64,000 nucleotides of DNA from an uncultured Clostridia bacterium (GTDB taxonomy: Bacteria > Bacillota > Clostridia > Christensenellales > UBA1242), in assembly GCA_944381185.1 (NCBI GenBank), contig CALWKE010000002.1, positions 2,050-66,049 on the forward strand, in the 5' to 3' direction. The notes beneath the pieces were generated by a model, which had not been told where the DNA came from, did no database searches, and was given only the letters and a program-made list of their open reading frames with translations. The position numbers and the translations under genes are program-made. Positions 28,401-36,352 of the stretch are shown one piece after another. How positions within the stretch are numbered: the first letter of the stretch is position 1; each line of letters starts with the position of its first letter.

Positions 28401-29081
28401 GATTTTGATTTGAAAGCGGGCACTGAAGAATGTGCTGATATTAAAAAGCGTATTCAAAAACTTGGAAATGTTAACCTTGCAGCCATTGAAGATATTAAAA
28501 CTATTTCAGAAAGATATGATGACCTTGTGGTTCAAAGAGATGATTTAACGAAAGCTCAAACAGACCTTCGAACAATTATTAAAGATTTAACCACAAAAAT
28601 GGAAGAAAAATTCAAAGACCAATTTGACCAAATAAGAAAGAATTTTCAAGTTATATTCCGAGAATTGTTTGGTGGCGGAAGAGCAGATATTTTGCTTGAA
28701 GATGAAAACAATGTTCTTGAATGTGGCATTGATATTATTGCAGAACCACCGGGTAAAAAACTTCAAAACATAACACTTCTTTCTGGTGGCGAAAAGGCAC
28801 TTACGGCAGTTGCTATTCTATTTTCAATTTTAAAACTTCGCCCTATGCCATTCTGTGTGCTTGACGAAATTGAAGCAGCACTTGATGATGCTAATGTTGA
28901 GAGGTATGCAAAATATCTTCATAGATATAGCGGAGAAACTCAATTTATTGTTATCACACACCGTAAGCCAACAATGGAACTTGCCGATGCTCTTTATGGT
29001 GTTACCATGGAAGAAAAGGGTGTTTCAAAAGTTGTTTCTGTTAAACTTTCAGATGCAATCAAAATTGATAATGCTGAATAA
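25491..29081 (+). CDS. smc: chromosome segregation protein SMC
   Basis: 1196 aa. Walker A GPNGCGKSN, long coiled coils, hinge (..GVVASLMKVPAKYEVAIEMALG..), signature LSGGEKALTA and Walker B FCVLDEIEAALD. Confidence 0.96.
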   Translation: MNFEKIDIYGFKSFADRVEIKFEPGITAIVGPNGCGKSNVADSIRFVMGESSAKSMRGSSMQDVIFNGTEKRKAQSYCEVSLYFDNSKKIFNLDYDEVILTRKLYKSGESEYLINKNTCRRRDIVDAFRDIGLGKESYCVIGQGKIDSILSAKPEDRRNVFEESAGISKFKEEKNQSENKLERVNENLVRINDIIAELEKQLGPLKTQAENAKIFLDLSNRLKELEINIYVYGYENSNKQKEKIYENIKAIDEELALKQKDFEKALQEYEQNQAKIDEFDETINTLRDELLNLTVALEKQNGEVKLFNEKISILKEQNEKLTGQIEQGKFETQKNSELIEKLQKDKELAENHIKEVEFESKSLESNYNLTIEKLRLGEADAESFDSELYSTLEMSGDIKSNLLKYKTELSSLKERQVELQGEGDNLKQEDKALDDKISQAESEIERIEKSIENKTNEKKQILNSINEFNEQFNEINEKIDAKKVEYHTKLSKFNVLSEMKEYNEGFAVSVKRLLEQAHDGTSIGGKVIGVVASLMKVPAKYEVAIEMALGASVQNIVTKNEEDAKDLIAYLKYNKFGRVTFLPITGVKERYMPQSILSKLSMKGVCGVASELIDFDEKYRKVFSSLLGSTLIVDNIDNAVEFSRATGYQVKIVTLDGDIISPQGSMTGGSRKDNSTNLLGRDREIETLKVQLENLKKDMESLEKQAESIRTESGKQSDLLSVKIDEIHILEMDKAKQEEFIDSCDEQKDEIEESLASHEISFSALLDKIDFVENEIERISKEQQAVDSKKSQASESKKQASDNFGKLRNQRDELFEKIGEVKIKLETAKNDLKNIESELERLTILNAQTEYRTKENLLEVQKNNQDIENFNEQITNIISNSTFSSSSKKVELVREKIAEVTDEKKKCQDLMNKADGNKMLLAGEIQRANDRRAKEENAIVKIDTDLENMQNRVWEEYQMTYGDAKQMAIADFDLKAGTEECADIKKRIQKLGNVNLAAIEDIKTISERYDDLVVQRDDLTKAQTDLRTIIKDLTTKMEEKFKDQFDQIRKNFQVIFRELFGGGRADILLEDENNVLECGIDIIAEPPGKKLQNITLLSGGEKALTAVAILFSILKLRPMPFCVLDEIEAALDDANVERYAKYLHRYSGETQFIVITHRKPTMELADALYGVTMEEKGVSKVVSVKLSDAIKIDNAE

Positions 29082-29198
29082 AAACGCAAAAAATACCATT
29101 TTTAGATAAAATTATAGTTAAATTTGCTTAAAATTAGAAAATTTTTGCGTATTTACTATAAAATAATAAATATATAATTACATTTTAAGGAGTGCTTT

Positions 29199-30101
29199 AT
29201 GGGATTTTTTTCAAGGCTTGTTAATGGACTAAAGAATACAAAAAAATCTTTTTCAGAAAAGTTTAAATATATTTTTACTGGAAATGAAATTGATGAAGAT
29301 TTTTTTGAAGAGCTTGAATACATTTTAATTAGTGCTGACATTGGAACGGAAACAGTTAGTGAAATTTTGGATAGGCTTAAAGCAGAAATAAAACAAAAGA
29401 AACTCAAAAAAACTGAAGACTCAAAAGAACTTCTAAAAAATATTATGAAAGATATTTTAAATGAAAATGTTGCGGAAGAATTTGAGTATCCACTTGCAAT
29501 TATGGTTGTTGGTGTTAATGGTGTTGGCAAAACAACAACTATTGGTAAAATTGCTCAAAAGTTCGCAAGTAAAAAAAAGAAGGTTGTTATTGCAGGTGCT
29601 GATACTTTTAGGGCGGCTGCTGGTGACCAACTTAAAGTTTGGGCAGACAGGGCAAAAGCAAAATATGTTGCAGGTGAACAGGGTGCTGACGCTTCAGCTG
29701 TTGTGTTTGATGCAATTTCTTCAGCAAAGGCAAGAGAAGCCGATGTTATTTTGATAGACACTGCGGGCAGACTTCACAATAAAATTAATCTTATGGAAGA
29801 ACTTAAAAAGATTGGCAAAGTTGTTAGCCGTGAATATCCTGAAGCACATTATCACAAACTTATTGTGGTTGATGGAACAACGGGGCAAAACTCAATCAGC
29901 CAAGTTTCACTTTTTAATGAAGCGGTGGGTCTTACTGATATTTGTGTAACAAAACTTGATGGCACAAGCAAGGCAGGCTTTTTGATTGAACTTGTAAGCA
30001 AGTATCCAGATATGGCAATAAGATATATTGGAGTTGGCGAATCTGCTGATGATTTGCTCGACTTTGATGCAAGCGATTTTGTTGATGCAATTTTTGAATA
30101 A
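29199..30101 (+). CDS. ftsY: signal recognition particle receptor FtsY (NG domain only)
   Basis: GVNGVGKTTT, DTAGRLHN and TKLDGTSKAG SRP-GTPase motifs. 300 aa. Confidence 0.95.
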   Translation: MGFFSRLVNGLKNTKKSFSEKFKYIFTGNEIDEDFFEELEYILISADIGTETVSEILDRLKAEIKQKKLKKTEDSKELLKNIMKDILNENVAEEFEYPLAIMVVGVNGVGKTTTIGKIAQKFASKKKKVVIAGADTFRAAAGDQLKVWADRAKAKYVAGEQGADASAVVFDAISSAKAREADVILIDTAGRLHNKINLMEELKKIGKVVSREYPEAHYHKLIVVDGTTGQNSISQVSLFNEAVGLTDICVTKLDGTSKAGFLIELVSKYPDMAIRYIGVGESADDLLDFDASDFVDAIFE

Positions 30102-30106
30102 GAAAA

Positions 30107-30140
30107 AACAGCATATCAACCGGTATGCTGTTATTTTATT
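30107..30140 (+). terminator. rho-independent terminator after ftsY
   Basis: AACAGCATA-8 nt loop-TATGCTGTT followed by ATTTTATT. Confidence 0.7.
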
Positions 30141-30176
30141 AATTAAAGTTAGTATTATGGGCATGGAGAAAATTTT

Positions 30177-30470
30177 ATGAAAAATAAAATTGTTACAATC
30201 TGTGGAAGTATGAAATTTCAAAAAGATATGATTGATGTTGCTTCAAAATTAGAAAAAGAATATGGCTGGTGTGTTATTCAATGCGTTTATAATTTAGGCA
30301 AAAATTTATCTGACAAAGAAATGGAAAATATTAAAAAGGCACATTTTCAGAAAATTGATATCAGTGATGCCATTTTTGTTTTAAATATTGGTGGATATAT
30401 TGGTGAGTCAACTAAAAATGAAATTGAATATGCAAAAAAATTAAATAAAGAAATTATTTATTTTGAGTAA
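30177..30470 (+). CDS. small nucleoside 2-deoxyribosyltransferase-like (Rossmann-like) protein, unknown function
   Basis: 97 aa. The N-terminal IVTICGSMKF and C-terminal ..ISDAIFVLNIGGYIGESTKNEIEYAKKLNKEIIYF resemble the NDT-like superfamily pattern. Family assignment is by eye. Has its own GGAGAA SD. Confidence 0.5.
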   Translation: MKNKIVTICGSMKFQKDMIDVASKLEKEYGWCVIQCVYNLGKNLSDKEMENIKKAHFQKIDISDAIFVLNIGGYIGESTKNEIEYAKKLNKEIIYFE

Positions 30471-30504
30471 TTTAAAAAAAGCTTCATTTAGTTTTATAAA
30501 ATCA

Positions 30505-30533
30505 TTGACAAGTAGAGATTTTAGTTGTATTAT
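30505..30533 (+). promoter_or_regulatory. consensus sigma-A promoter of ylxM-ffh-rpsP operon
   Basis: TTGACA-17 nt-TATTAT, 62 nt upstream of the ylxM ATG. Confidence 0.75.
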
Positions 30534-30566
30534 ATGTAAAGTAAATTTGCTTGACAAAGGTAGTTT

Positions 30567-30899
30567 ATGGAAATTAAAGAACATACATCTTTTGTGGTTT
30601 TATTTGATACTTATGGCAAACTTTTATCTAACAAGCAACATGCGGTTATGGATAAGTATCTTAACCTTGACCTTAGTGAAAGTGAACTTGCCGAACTTGA
30701 CAGCGAATCTAGGCAATCTATTCACGATGCAATCACAAAAGCAAAAAAGCAACTTCTTGAATTTGAAGACAAGTGCAAAGTTGTGAGCCGAAATAGTGAA
30801 TTAAAAAATGAACTTGAAACACTAAAAAAATTTATAAAAAATGGCAAATCTGCCGATTATTTAATTCAAGTTGTTGATGACATTAAAACCAGAATTTAG
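30567..30899 (+). CDS. ylxM: YlxM/p13-like putative DNA-binding protein (SRP operon)
   Basis: 110 aa. ..VVLFDTYGKLLSNKQHAVMDKYLNLDLSESELAE.. matches the UPF0122 (YlxM) helix-turn-helix. Lies immediately upstream of ffh as in Bacillus. Confidence 0.85.
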   Translation: MEIKEHTSFVVLFDTYGKLLSNKQHAVMDKYLNLDLSESELAELDSESRQSIHDAITKAKKQLLEFEDKCKVVSRNSELKNELETLKKFIKNGKSADYLIQVVDDIKTRI

Positions 30900-30909
30900 G
30901 AGGTTTCGT

Positions 30910-32238
30910 GTGGGATTATTTGAATCATTGGGCGAAAGATTAAATCATATATTTTCAAAACTAACCAAGCGTGGCAAACTTACAGAACTTGAAATCAAGC
31001 AGGCTATGCGTGAAGTTAGAATTGCTTTGCTTGAAGCCGATGTAAATTTTTTGGTTGCAAAAGATTTTGTGAGCAAAGTTTCAGAAAAAGCAGTCGGTGA
31101 ACAAATTTTAAATAGTTTGACTCCTGGTCAACAAGTTATTAAAATTGTTCGTGATGAACTTGTTAACCTTATGGGTGGAACGCAATCAAAACTTGAAGTT
31201 TCACCAAAGCCACCAACAGTTATTATGATGTGTGGTTTGCAGGGTGCTGGAAAAACCACAATGGCGGGAAAACTTGGTTTTATGCTTAAAAAGCAAGGCA
31301 AAAAACCTATGCTTGTTGCCTGTGATATTTATCGTCCTGCAGCAATAAACCAACTTAAAATTGGTGCTTCAAATGCTGGTGTTGATTTTTTTGAAAAGGG
31401 AACAATTAACCCTGTTAAAATTGCTGAACAAGCCGTTGAACAGGCAAAGCGTATGGGTAATGACACTGTTATTATTGATACGGCGGGTCGTCTTCAAATC
31501 AATGAAGAGCTCATGAAGGAACTTGAAAATATCAAGAAGGCTGTTAATCCAACTGAAATACTTCTTACTATTGATGCTATGACGGGTCAAGAATCAGTTA
31601 ATGTTGCAAAAGAATTTAATGATAGGCTTGATATTACAGGCGTGATTGTAACAAAACTTGATGGTGACACTCGTGGTGGTGTGGCACTTTCAGTTAAAGC
31701 CGTCACCGGCAAACCAATTAAATTTTGCGGTGTTGGTGAAAAAATTGGTGATATTGAACCATTTTATCCTGATCGAATGGCTTCAAGAATTCTTGGTATG
31801 GGTGATGTGCTTTCACTTATTGATAAGGCACAGGCAAGCGTTGATGAAGCAGAGATGAAAAAAGTTGAAGAGAATATTCGAAAGAACACATTTTCATTTG
31901 AAGACTTTTTGATTCAGTTTGAACAAATTGGCAAAATGGGAAACATTCAAGACATAATTAGTATGATACCGGGTGCCGGAACAAAATTTAAAGCTACTGA
32001 TGTTGATGAAACAAAAATTAAAAAGTATAAGGCAATCATTCAGTCAATGACCAAAAAAGAAAGGCTTAACCCAGACCTTATAAAAGCAAGCAATCGAAAA
32101 CGAATTGCAGAGGGAAGTGCAACAACAATTCAAGATGTTAATGCTTTAATTAAGCAATTTGAACAAACCAAACAGATGATGAAGAATATGAATAGTGGAA
32201 AACTTCAAAAGATGCTCGGACGAAATTTTAAATTTTAA
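30910..32238 (+). CDS. ffh: signal recognition particle protein Ffh
   Basis: GLFESLGERL.. N-terminus, GLQGAGKTT, DTAGR and TKLDGDTRGG motifs, and a Met-rich M domain. GTG 30910 lies 6 nt after AGGAGG. The track ORF starts at 30871. Confidence 0.95.
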   Translation: MGLFESLGERLNHIFSKLTKRGKLTELEIKQAMREVRIALLEADVNFLVAKDFVSKVSEKAVGEQILNSLTPGQQVIKIVRDELVNLMGGTQSKLEVSPKPPTVIMMCGLQGAGKTTMAGKLGFMLKKQGKKPMLVACDIYRPAAINQLKIGASNAGVDFFEKGTINPVKIAEQAVEQAKRMGNDTVIIDTAGRLQINEELMKELENIKKAVNPTEILLTIDAMTGQESVNVAKEFNDRLDITGVIVTKLDGDTRGGVALSVKAVTGKPIKFCGVGEKIGDIEPFYPDRMASRILGMGDVLSLIDKAQASVDEAEMKKVEENIRKNTFSFEDFLIQFEQIGKMGNIQDIISMIPGAGTKFKATDVDETKIKKYKAIIQSMTKKERLNPDLIKASNRKRIAEGSATTIQDVNALIKQFEQTKQMMKNMNSGKLQKMLGRNFKF

Positions 32239-32292
32239 TTAGTATCTATCAGCTTTTGCTGTGATGATAAATTCAAATCGGAGGAAAAAGAA

Positions 32293-32556
32293 ATGGCAGT
32301 TAAAATGAGACTTACAAGATTAGGTGATAAAAAGAGCCCTTTTTATCGAATTGTAGTGGCAGATTCAAGAGTTGCAAGAGATGCAAAATATATTGATCTT
32401 ATCGGAACTTATAACCCACTTACAAATCCAGAAGAAATCAAAATTGATGTCGAAAAGGCTAATAAATGGATTAGCAATGGTGCTCAACCAACTGAAACAG
32501 TTAAGGCTCTTTTAGTTAAAGCAGGTGCAACCAAAGCTGACAAGAAGTCTAAATAA
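32293..32556 (+). CDS. rpsP: 30S ribosomal protein S16
   Basis: [26 protein letters not shown].. is the canonical S16 N-terminus. Confidence 0.96.
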   Translation: MAVKMRLTRLGDKKSPFYRIVVADSRVARDAKYIDLIGTYNPLTNPEEIKIDVEKANKWISNGAQPTETVKALLVKAGATKADKKSK

Positions 32557-32574
32557 TAAATTTGGCAGGTGCTT

Positions 32575-32805
32575 ATGAAAGAGTTAGTTGAATTTATTGT
32601 TAAAAATCTTGTTTCTGACCCTGAAAATGTGATAGTTACTGAAACTGTTAATGACAGGGAAACAGTTTACACTGTTAAAGTTCCAGAAGAAGATTTTGGT
32701 AAGATTATTGGAAGAAGTGGAAAGATTGCAACCGCTATTAGAACAGTGGTTAGAACATCAGCAAAAAAACAAAACAAACATGTTTTTGTTAAATTTGAAA
32801 AGTAA
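32575..32805 (+). CDS. KH domain RNA-binding protein (YlqC family)
   Basis: MKELVEFIVKNLV.. and the GKIIGRSGKIATAIRTVV GxxG KH motif. Conserved partner of rpsP. Confidence 0.9.
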   Translation: MKELVEFIVKNLVSDPENVIVTETVNDRETVYTVKVPEEDFGKIIGRSGKIATAIRTVVRTSAKKQNKHVFVKFEK

Positions 32806-32826
32806 GGCTATTGCCTTATTTTTTTT
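32804..32826 (+). terminator. terminator of the ffh-rpsP-KH operon
   Basis: AAGGC-TATT-GCCTT followed by ATTTTTTTT. Overlaps the KH gene stop codon. Confidence 0.7.
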
Positions 32827-32828
32827 GT

Positions 32829-32860
32829 AAAAAAAGCAGTGAAAATTCACTGCTTTTTAT
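32829..32860. terminator. bidirectional terminator, serves the minus-strand mTERF-like cassette
   Basis: AAAAAAA-GCAGTGA-AAAT-TCACTGC-TTTTTATTTT. Lies directly 3' of the minus-strand gene ending at 32862. Confidence 0.8.
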
Positions 32861-32861
32861 T

Positions 32862-33155
32862 TTAAATTAAAAATGGGTCGTTTTTAAGTGCTTGTTCAAT
32901 ATCATCATATTCATTTGCAAGTTTTTTCAAATCATTTTTAAGTTCTTCTGAATTTCGACATAAAAAACCCGGATTCATCGCAATAATATAAGTTAAATCA
33001 TCAACAGGATACCCAAATGAAATTAGTATGTTAAGGTTTTCAGATGCTTCATCAACTGAAAGTTCTTCAAGTACGGGTGATTGTTCAACTAATGTTTCAA
33101 TTTCTCCGTCATCAAATTTTAATTCTTTAAAAAAGTTATATAAAAGTTTATCCAT
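32862..33155 (-). CDS. small mTERF-like helical repeat protein
   Basis: 98 aa from ATG 33155, with AAGGAG 8 nt upstream. The track start 33233 would overlap the upstream gene. Contains two motif copies of type ..GEIETLVEQSPVLEELS.. / ..FGYPVDDLTYIIAMNPGFLCRNSEEL... Confidence 0.7.
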   Translation of the reverse strand: MDKLLYNFFKELKFDDGEIETLVEQSPVLEELSVDEASENLNILISFGYPVDDLTYIIAMNPGFLCRNSEELKNDLKKLANEYDDIEQALKNDPFLI

Positions 33156-33165
33156 ATTATTCTCC

Positions 33166-34386
33166 TTAATCTTTTTGAAGAGGTGGCTCAATTTTGAGCG
33201 AACTATAAGTTTCATAAATTTGATCGATTGCATTTTCGTTAAGTGGATATAACTTCATTAGGTCGTTACTAGTTGCTTTGAATTGTCTTTTAAATTCTGG
33301 TTCAGATTCATCAAGTTGCCTTGGGGTTGAATTTAATCCTAAATCATGTTTAATATACATATATCTTGCATAAATTTTTTCAGGACTAGTTACAAACCAA
33401 CCATTAATTTTCATATATGATTTATCTGGAAACATTGTTGCCCAAAGTGCATATTTTATTTTTAGATCAGCAGTTGGGCACATTAAAATTCGTGGATTAT
33501 TTTGGATATCAGCAAGTGTTATTCCAATTTCATTTAAAATTGTTAGTTTTTTTATTACAGATTTTGGATTTTCGCTGTTTTCATCACAATCAAGACCAAG
33601 AAGGGTAGGAAACTTTTGAAGATTTTCATTGGTTAACCCCAATATTTCCTTATAAAACTTAATTTTTCTTATAACTGAAGTTTTATTTTTTTCGTTGTAT
33701 GTGTCATAGCAAAGTAGGGTAGGAAATTGTTGAAATTGTTTGTTAGTAAACCCAAGTGTATCTTTATAAAATTTGATTTTTGCTCGTATTGATGTTGGAA
33801 CGCCTTCATCAGAAGAACAATCAGATGTTAAAAGGTTTGGCAAAATTTGAAATTGCTTATTAGTAAACCCAAGGGTATCTTTATAAAATTTGATTTTAGA
33901 CCTTATTGATGTTGGGTTATTTATATCTTCTAAAATGCAATCGTAACTTAAAAGAGAAGGGGTTGTTTTTAATTGTTTGTTAGTAAAACCAAGTTCAGTT
34001 TTAAAAAATTTCACTTTGGCTTGTATTGATGTTGGGTTTTCTTCAGGGCTTGAAAATGTGTCACTTGTGATTATATTTGGTATTTTTTGAAATTGCTTTT
34101 TTGTGAAGCCAAGTTCGGTTTTATAATATTCAATTCTCTTATTTGCAGAAGATGGTTTTTCACTTAATTCTAAAACAAGCAATGTGAAATAATTTAAAAT
34201 TTGATCAAGTGAAAGGCCAACTTCGTTTTTGTAAAAATCAATTTTATCAAGCCACATTTGTTTACTTTGATTGAGTATTGCGTGAAAAGAACTTTTTTCA
34301 ATTTTGCTGTAATAATATTCGGCTTGTTCATCAGTTAATTTTAATGTGTTAATTAAAAAATCTTTTGTGATTTGAATTTTTGCCAT
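33166..34386 (-). CDS. mTERF-like helical repeat protein (about 7 tandem ~38-aa repeats)
   Basis: 406 aa. Repeats have the form PTSIRAKIKFYKDTLGFTNKQFQxxPxLLxxD, matching the mTERF motif pattern (Lys/Pro-x-hydrophobic-x-F-L-x-x-LG-F/L-S/T-x-x-x-hydrophobic-x-x-x-P-x-L-L). Confidence 0.75.
   Translation of the reverse strand: MAKIQITKDFLINTLKLTDEQAEYYYSKIEKSSFHAILNQSKQMWLDKIDFYKNEVGLSLDQILNYFTLLVLELSEKPSSANKRIEYYKTELGFTKKQFQKIPNIITSDTFSSPEENPTSIQAKVKFFKTELGFTNKQLKTTPSLLSYDCILEDINNPTSIRSKIKFYKDTLGFTNKQFQILPNLLTSDCSSDEGVPTSIRAKIKFYKDTLGFTNKQFQQFPTLLCYDTYNEKNKTSVIRKIKFYKEILGLTNENLQKFPTLLGLDCDENSENPKSVIKKLTILNEIGITLADIQNNPRILMCPTADLKIKYALWATMFPDKSYMKINGWFVTSPEKIYARYMYIKHDLGLNSTPRQLDESEPEFKRQFKATSNDLMKLYPLNENAIDQIYETYSSLKIEPPLQKD
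33560..34145 (-). repeat. intragenic tandem repeat, period about 114-117 bp, about 5 copies
   Basis: The near-identical core TTAGTAAACCCAAG(T/G)GTATCTTTATAAAATTTGATTTT recurs about 117 bp apart on the + strand (near 33743 and 33860). More diverged copies flank it. This encodes the protein repeats of the 406-aa gene. Confidence 0.75.
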
Positions 34387-34531
34387 TTTAAAAACTCCCC
34401 ATATATCGTTATTATATCATAATTATTTAAAATTTTCAATAGATATATAAAAATATATTATTGTTTTAAAATATTGCTATTTTTTTGACATTGTGATATA
34501 TTTTGTATGTAAAAATTTTAAGGAAGAATTT

Positions 34532-36274
34532 ATGGAAAAGATTACTATAAATAAATACAGAAATATTGATAATGGAAGTTTAAGACTATCTGATGCTGGA
34601 AAAACTGTAAAACTTGCTGGTTGGGTTGATTCAATTCGTAAACTTGGCGGAGTTACATTTGTTGTTCTTCGTGACCAATATGGGAAAACTCAAGTCGTTC
34701 TTCGTGATGAATTTGTTGAACTTAATAAAGAAGATGTTATTTCAGTTGAAGGAAAGGTTGTTGAGCGTGAAAGTAAAAACTTAAATATGCCAACAGGTGA
34801 AGTTGAGGTTGTTGCAGAAAAAATTGAAATGCTTGGCAAGTGCACAAAAACACTTCCTTTTGAAATTAAAAATAGCCAGAGTGTTGCTGAAGATATAAGG
34901 CTTAAATATAGATATCTCGACCTTAGAGCAGAGTATAACCAAAAGATGCTTAAACTTCGAAGTGATTTGCTTTTGTTTGTTCGCGAATATATGAATTCAC
35001 AAAATTTTACCGAAGTTCAAACACCAATTCTTACTTCTTCAAGCCCAGAGGGTGCAAGAGATTATCTTGTTCCAAGCAGGCTTAATCCCGGAAAATTTTA
35101 TGCTCTTCCACAGGCTCCACAGCAATTTAAGCAACTTTTGATGGTGTCGGGAATTGACAGGTATTTTCAAATTGCTCCATGTTTTAGAGATGAAGATGCA
35201 AGGGCAGACCGAAGCCCTACCGAATTTTATCAAATTGATATGGAAATGGCTTTTGCAACACAAGAAGATGTGTTTGAGGTTATGGAAGGGCTTTACAGGG
35301 CAGTGTTTAAAAAGTTTGCTAATTTTGAAATAGGCGAATTTAAACGAATAAAATATGCTGATGCCATTCGTGACTATTGTTCTGATAAGCCAGACCTTCG
35401 AAATCCTCTTAAAGTTGTTGATGTTACAGATATTTTTAAAAATACTTCATTTAGTGTTTTTCAAGGTAAAACAATTAAGTGTATAAGGGCACATACCAAT
35501 GAAAAACCAAGAAAGTGGTATGACAAGTTAACCGAATTTTTAAAATCAAGAGAAGCAAAGGGACTTGCGTATTTTGTTGTAAACGACGGCGATGAACTTT
35601 CAGGCGGAATTTCAAAATTTGTAACTGAAAGTGAAAAGGCTGACATTAAAAAACTTGTTGGATTTGAAAAAGGCGACACACTTTTCTTTGTTGCAGACGA
35701 GAGAGATAAAGCCATTAAATATACAAACGTTCTTCGCAATGAACTTGGAAAAGAACTTGAACTTATTGATGAAAATGATTATAAGTTCTGTTGGATTGTT
35801 GATTTTCCATTTTTTGAAAAAGACGATGACGGAAATATTGCGTTTGCACACAATCCTTTTTCACTTCCACAATGCTCACTTGAAGAGATAAAAAAAGACC
35901 CATTTAATGCACTTGCTTATCAATATGACCTTGTTATTAATGGTTATGAAAGTTTGTCGGGTGCTGTTCGAAACCATGACCAAAACATGATGGTTGAACT
36001 CTTTAAACTTGCAGGCTATAACAAAGAAGTTGTTGAAAACAAATTTCCAGCACTTTATAATGCGTTTTCGTATGGTGCACCACCACATGCTGGTTGTGCT
36101 CCGGGTTTTGATAGGCTTATGATGCTTTTAACTCATAATGATTTCATTCGTGATGTCTATGCCTTTCCAATGAACAAAAATGGGCAAGACCCACTTTGCA
36201 ATGCACCAAACACAGTTGATGAAAAACTGCTTCGTGATGTGCATATCAAAATTATTGAAGAAGATTTAAAATAA
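34532..36274 (+). CDS. aspS: aspartate--tRNA ligase
   Basis: Class II motifs FRDEDARADRSPTEFYQIDMEMAF and GAPPHAGCAPGFDRLMML, with an N-terminal OB fold. ATG is residue 14 of the track ORF, after AAGGAAG. Confidence 0.95.
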   Translation: MEKITINKYRNIDNGSLRLSDAGKTVKLAGWVDSIRKLGGVTFVVLRDQYGKTQVVLRDEFVELNKEDVISVEGKVVERESKNLNMPTGEVEVVAEKIEMLGKCTKTLPFEIKNSQSVAEDIRLKYRYLDLRAEYNQKMLKLRSDLLLFVREYMNSQNFTEVQTPILTSSSPEGARDYLVPSRLNPGKFYALPQAPQQFKQLLMVSGIDRYFQIAPCFRDEDARADRSPTEFYQIDMEMAFATQEDVFEVMEGLYRAVFKKFANFEIGEFKRIKYADAIRDYCSDKPDLRNPLKVVDVTDIFKNTSFSVFQGKTIKCIRAHTNEKPRKWYDKLTEFLKSREAKGLAYFVVNDGDELSGGISKFVTESEKADIKKLVGFEKGDTLFFVADERDKAIKYTNVLRNELGKELELIDENDYKFCWIVDFPFFEKDDDGNIAFAHNPFSLPQCSLEEIKKDPFNALAYQYDLVINGYESLSGAVRNHDQNMMVELFKLAGYNKEVVENKFPALYNAFSYGAPPHAGCAPGFDRLMMLLTHNDFIRDVYAFPMNKNGQDPLCNAPNTVDEKLLRDVHIKIIEEDLK

Positions 36275-36283
36275 TAAAAATAT

Positions 36284-36311
36284 AACTTCTTGGGTGTCCA
36301 AGAAGTTTTTT
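36284..36311 (+). terminator. rho-independent terminator after aspS
   Basis: AACTTCTTGG-GTGT-CCAAGAAGTT followed by TTTT: a 10-bp perfect stem. Confidence 0.85.
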
Positions 36312-36352
36312 AGTTTACAGAATTTTATTTTCTGTGATATAATTTTTATGTT

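Noticed and set aside
30463-30786. 107-aa + strand ORF overlapping the ylxM promoter and 5' half of ylxM
   Set aside because: It lies in a different frame from the conserved YlxM protein, starts inside the promoter region without an SD, and its translation is hydrophobic low-complexity.
33140-33180. Possibility that the 406-aa and 98-aa mTERF-like ORFs are one gene split by a frameshift (pseudogene)
   Set aside because: The junction looks like a normal operon junction, with TAA followed by GGAG and an ATG. The upstream protein ends after a non-repeat C-terminal domain, and no repeat unit is interrupted. It cannot be fully excluded without orthologues.
33156-33233. Longer 123-aa version of the small mTERF-like ORF (start at 33233), overlapping the upstream gene by 68 nt
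   Set aside because: The internal ATG at 33155 has an AAGGAG SD at ideal spacing and lies 10 nt after the upstream stop. The extra 26 residues (MQSIKFMKLIVRSKLSHLFKKIKENN) are the alternative frame of the upstream gene's 3' end.
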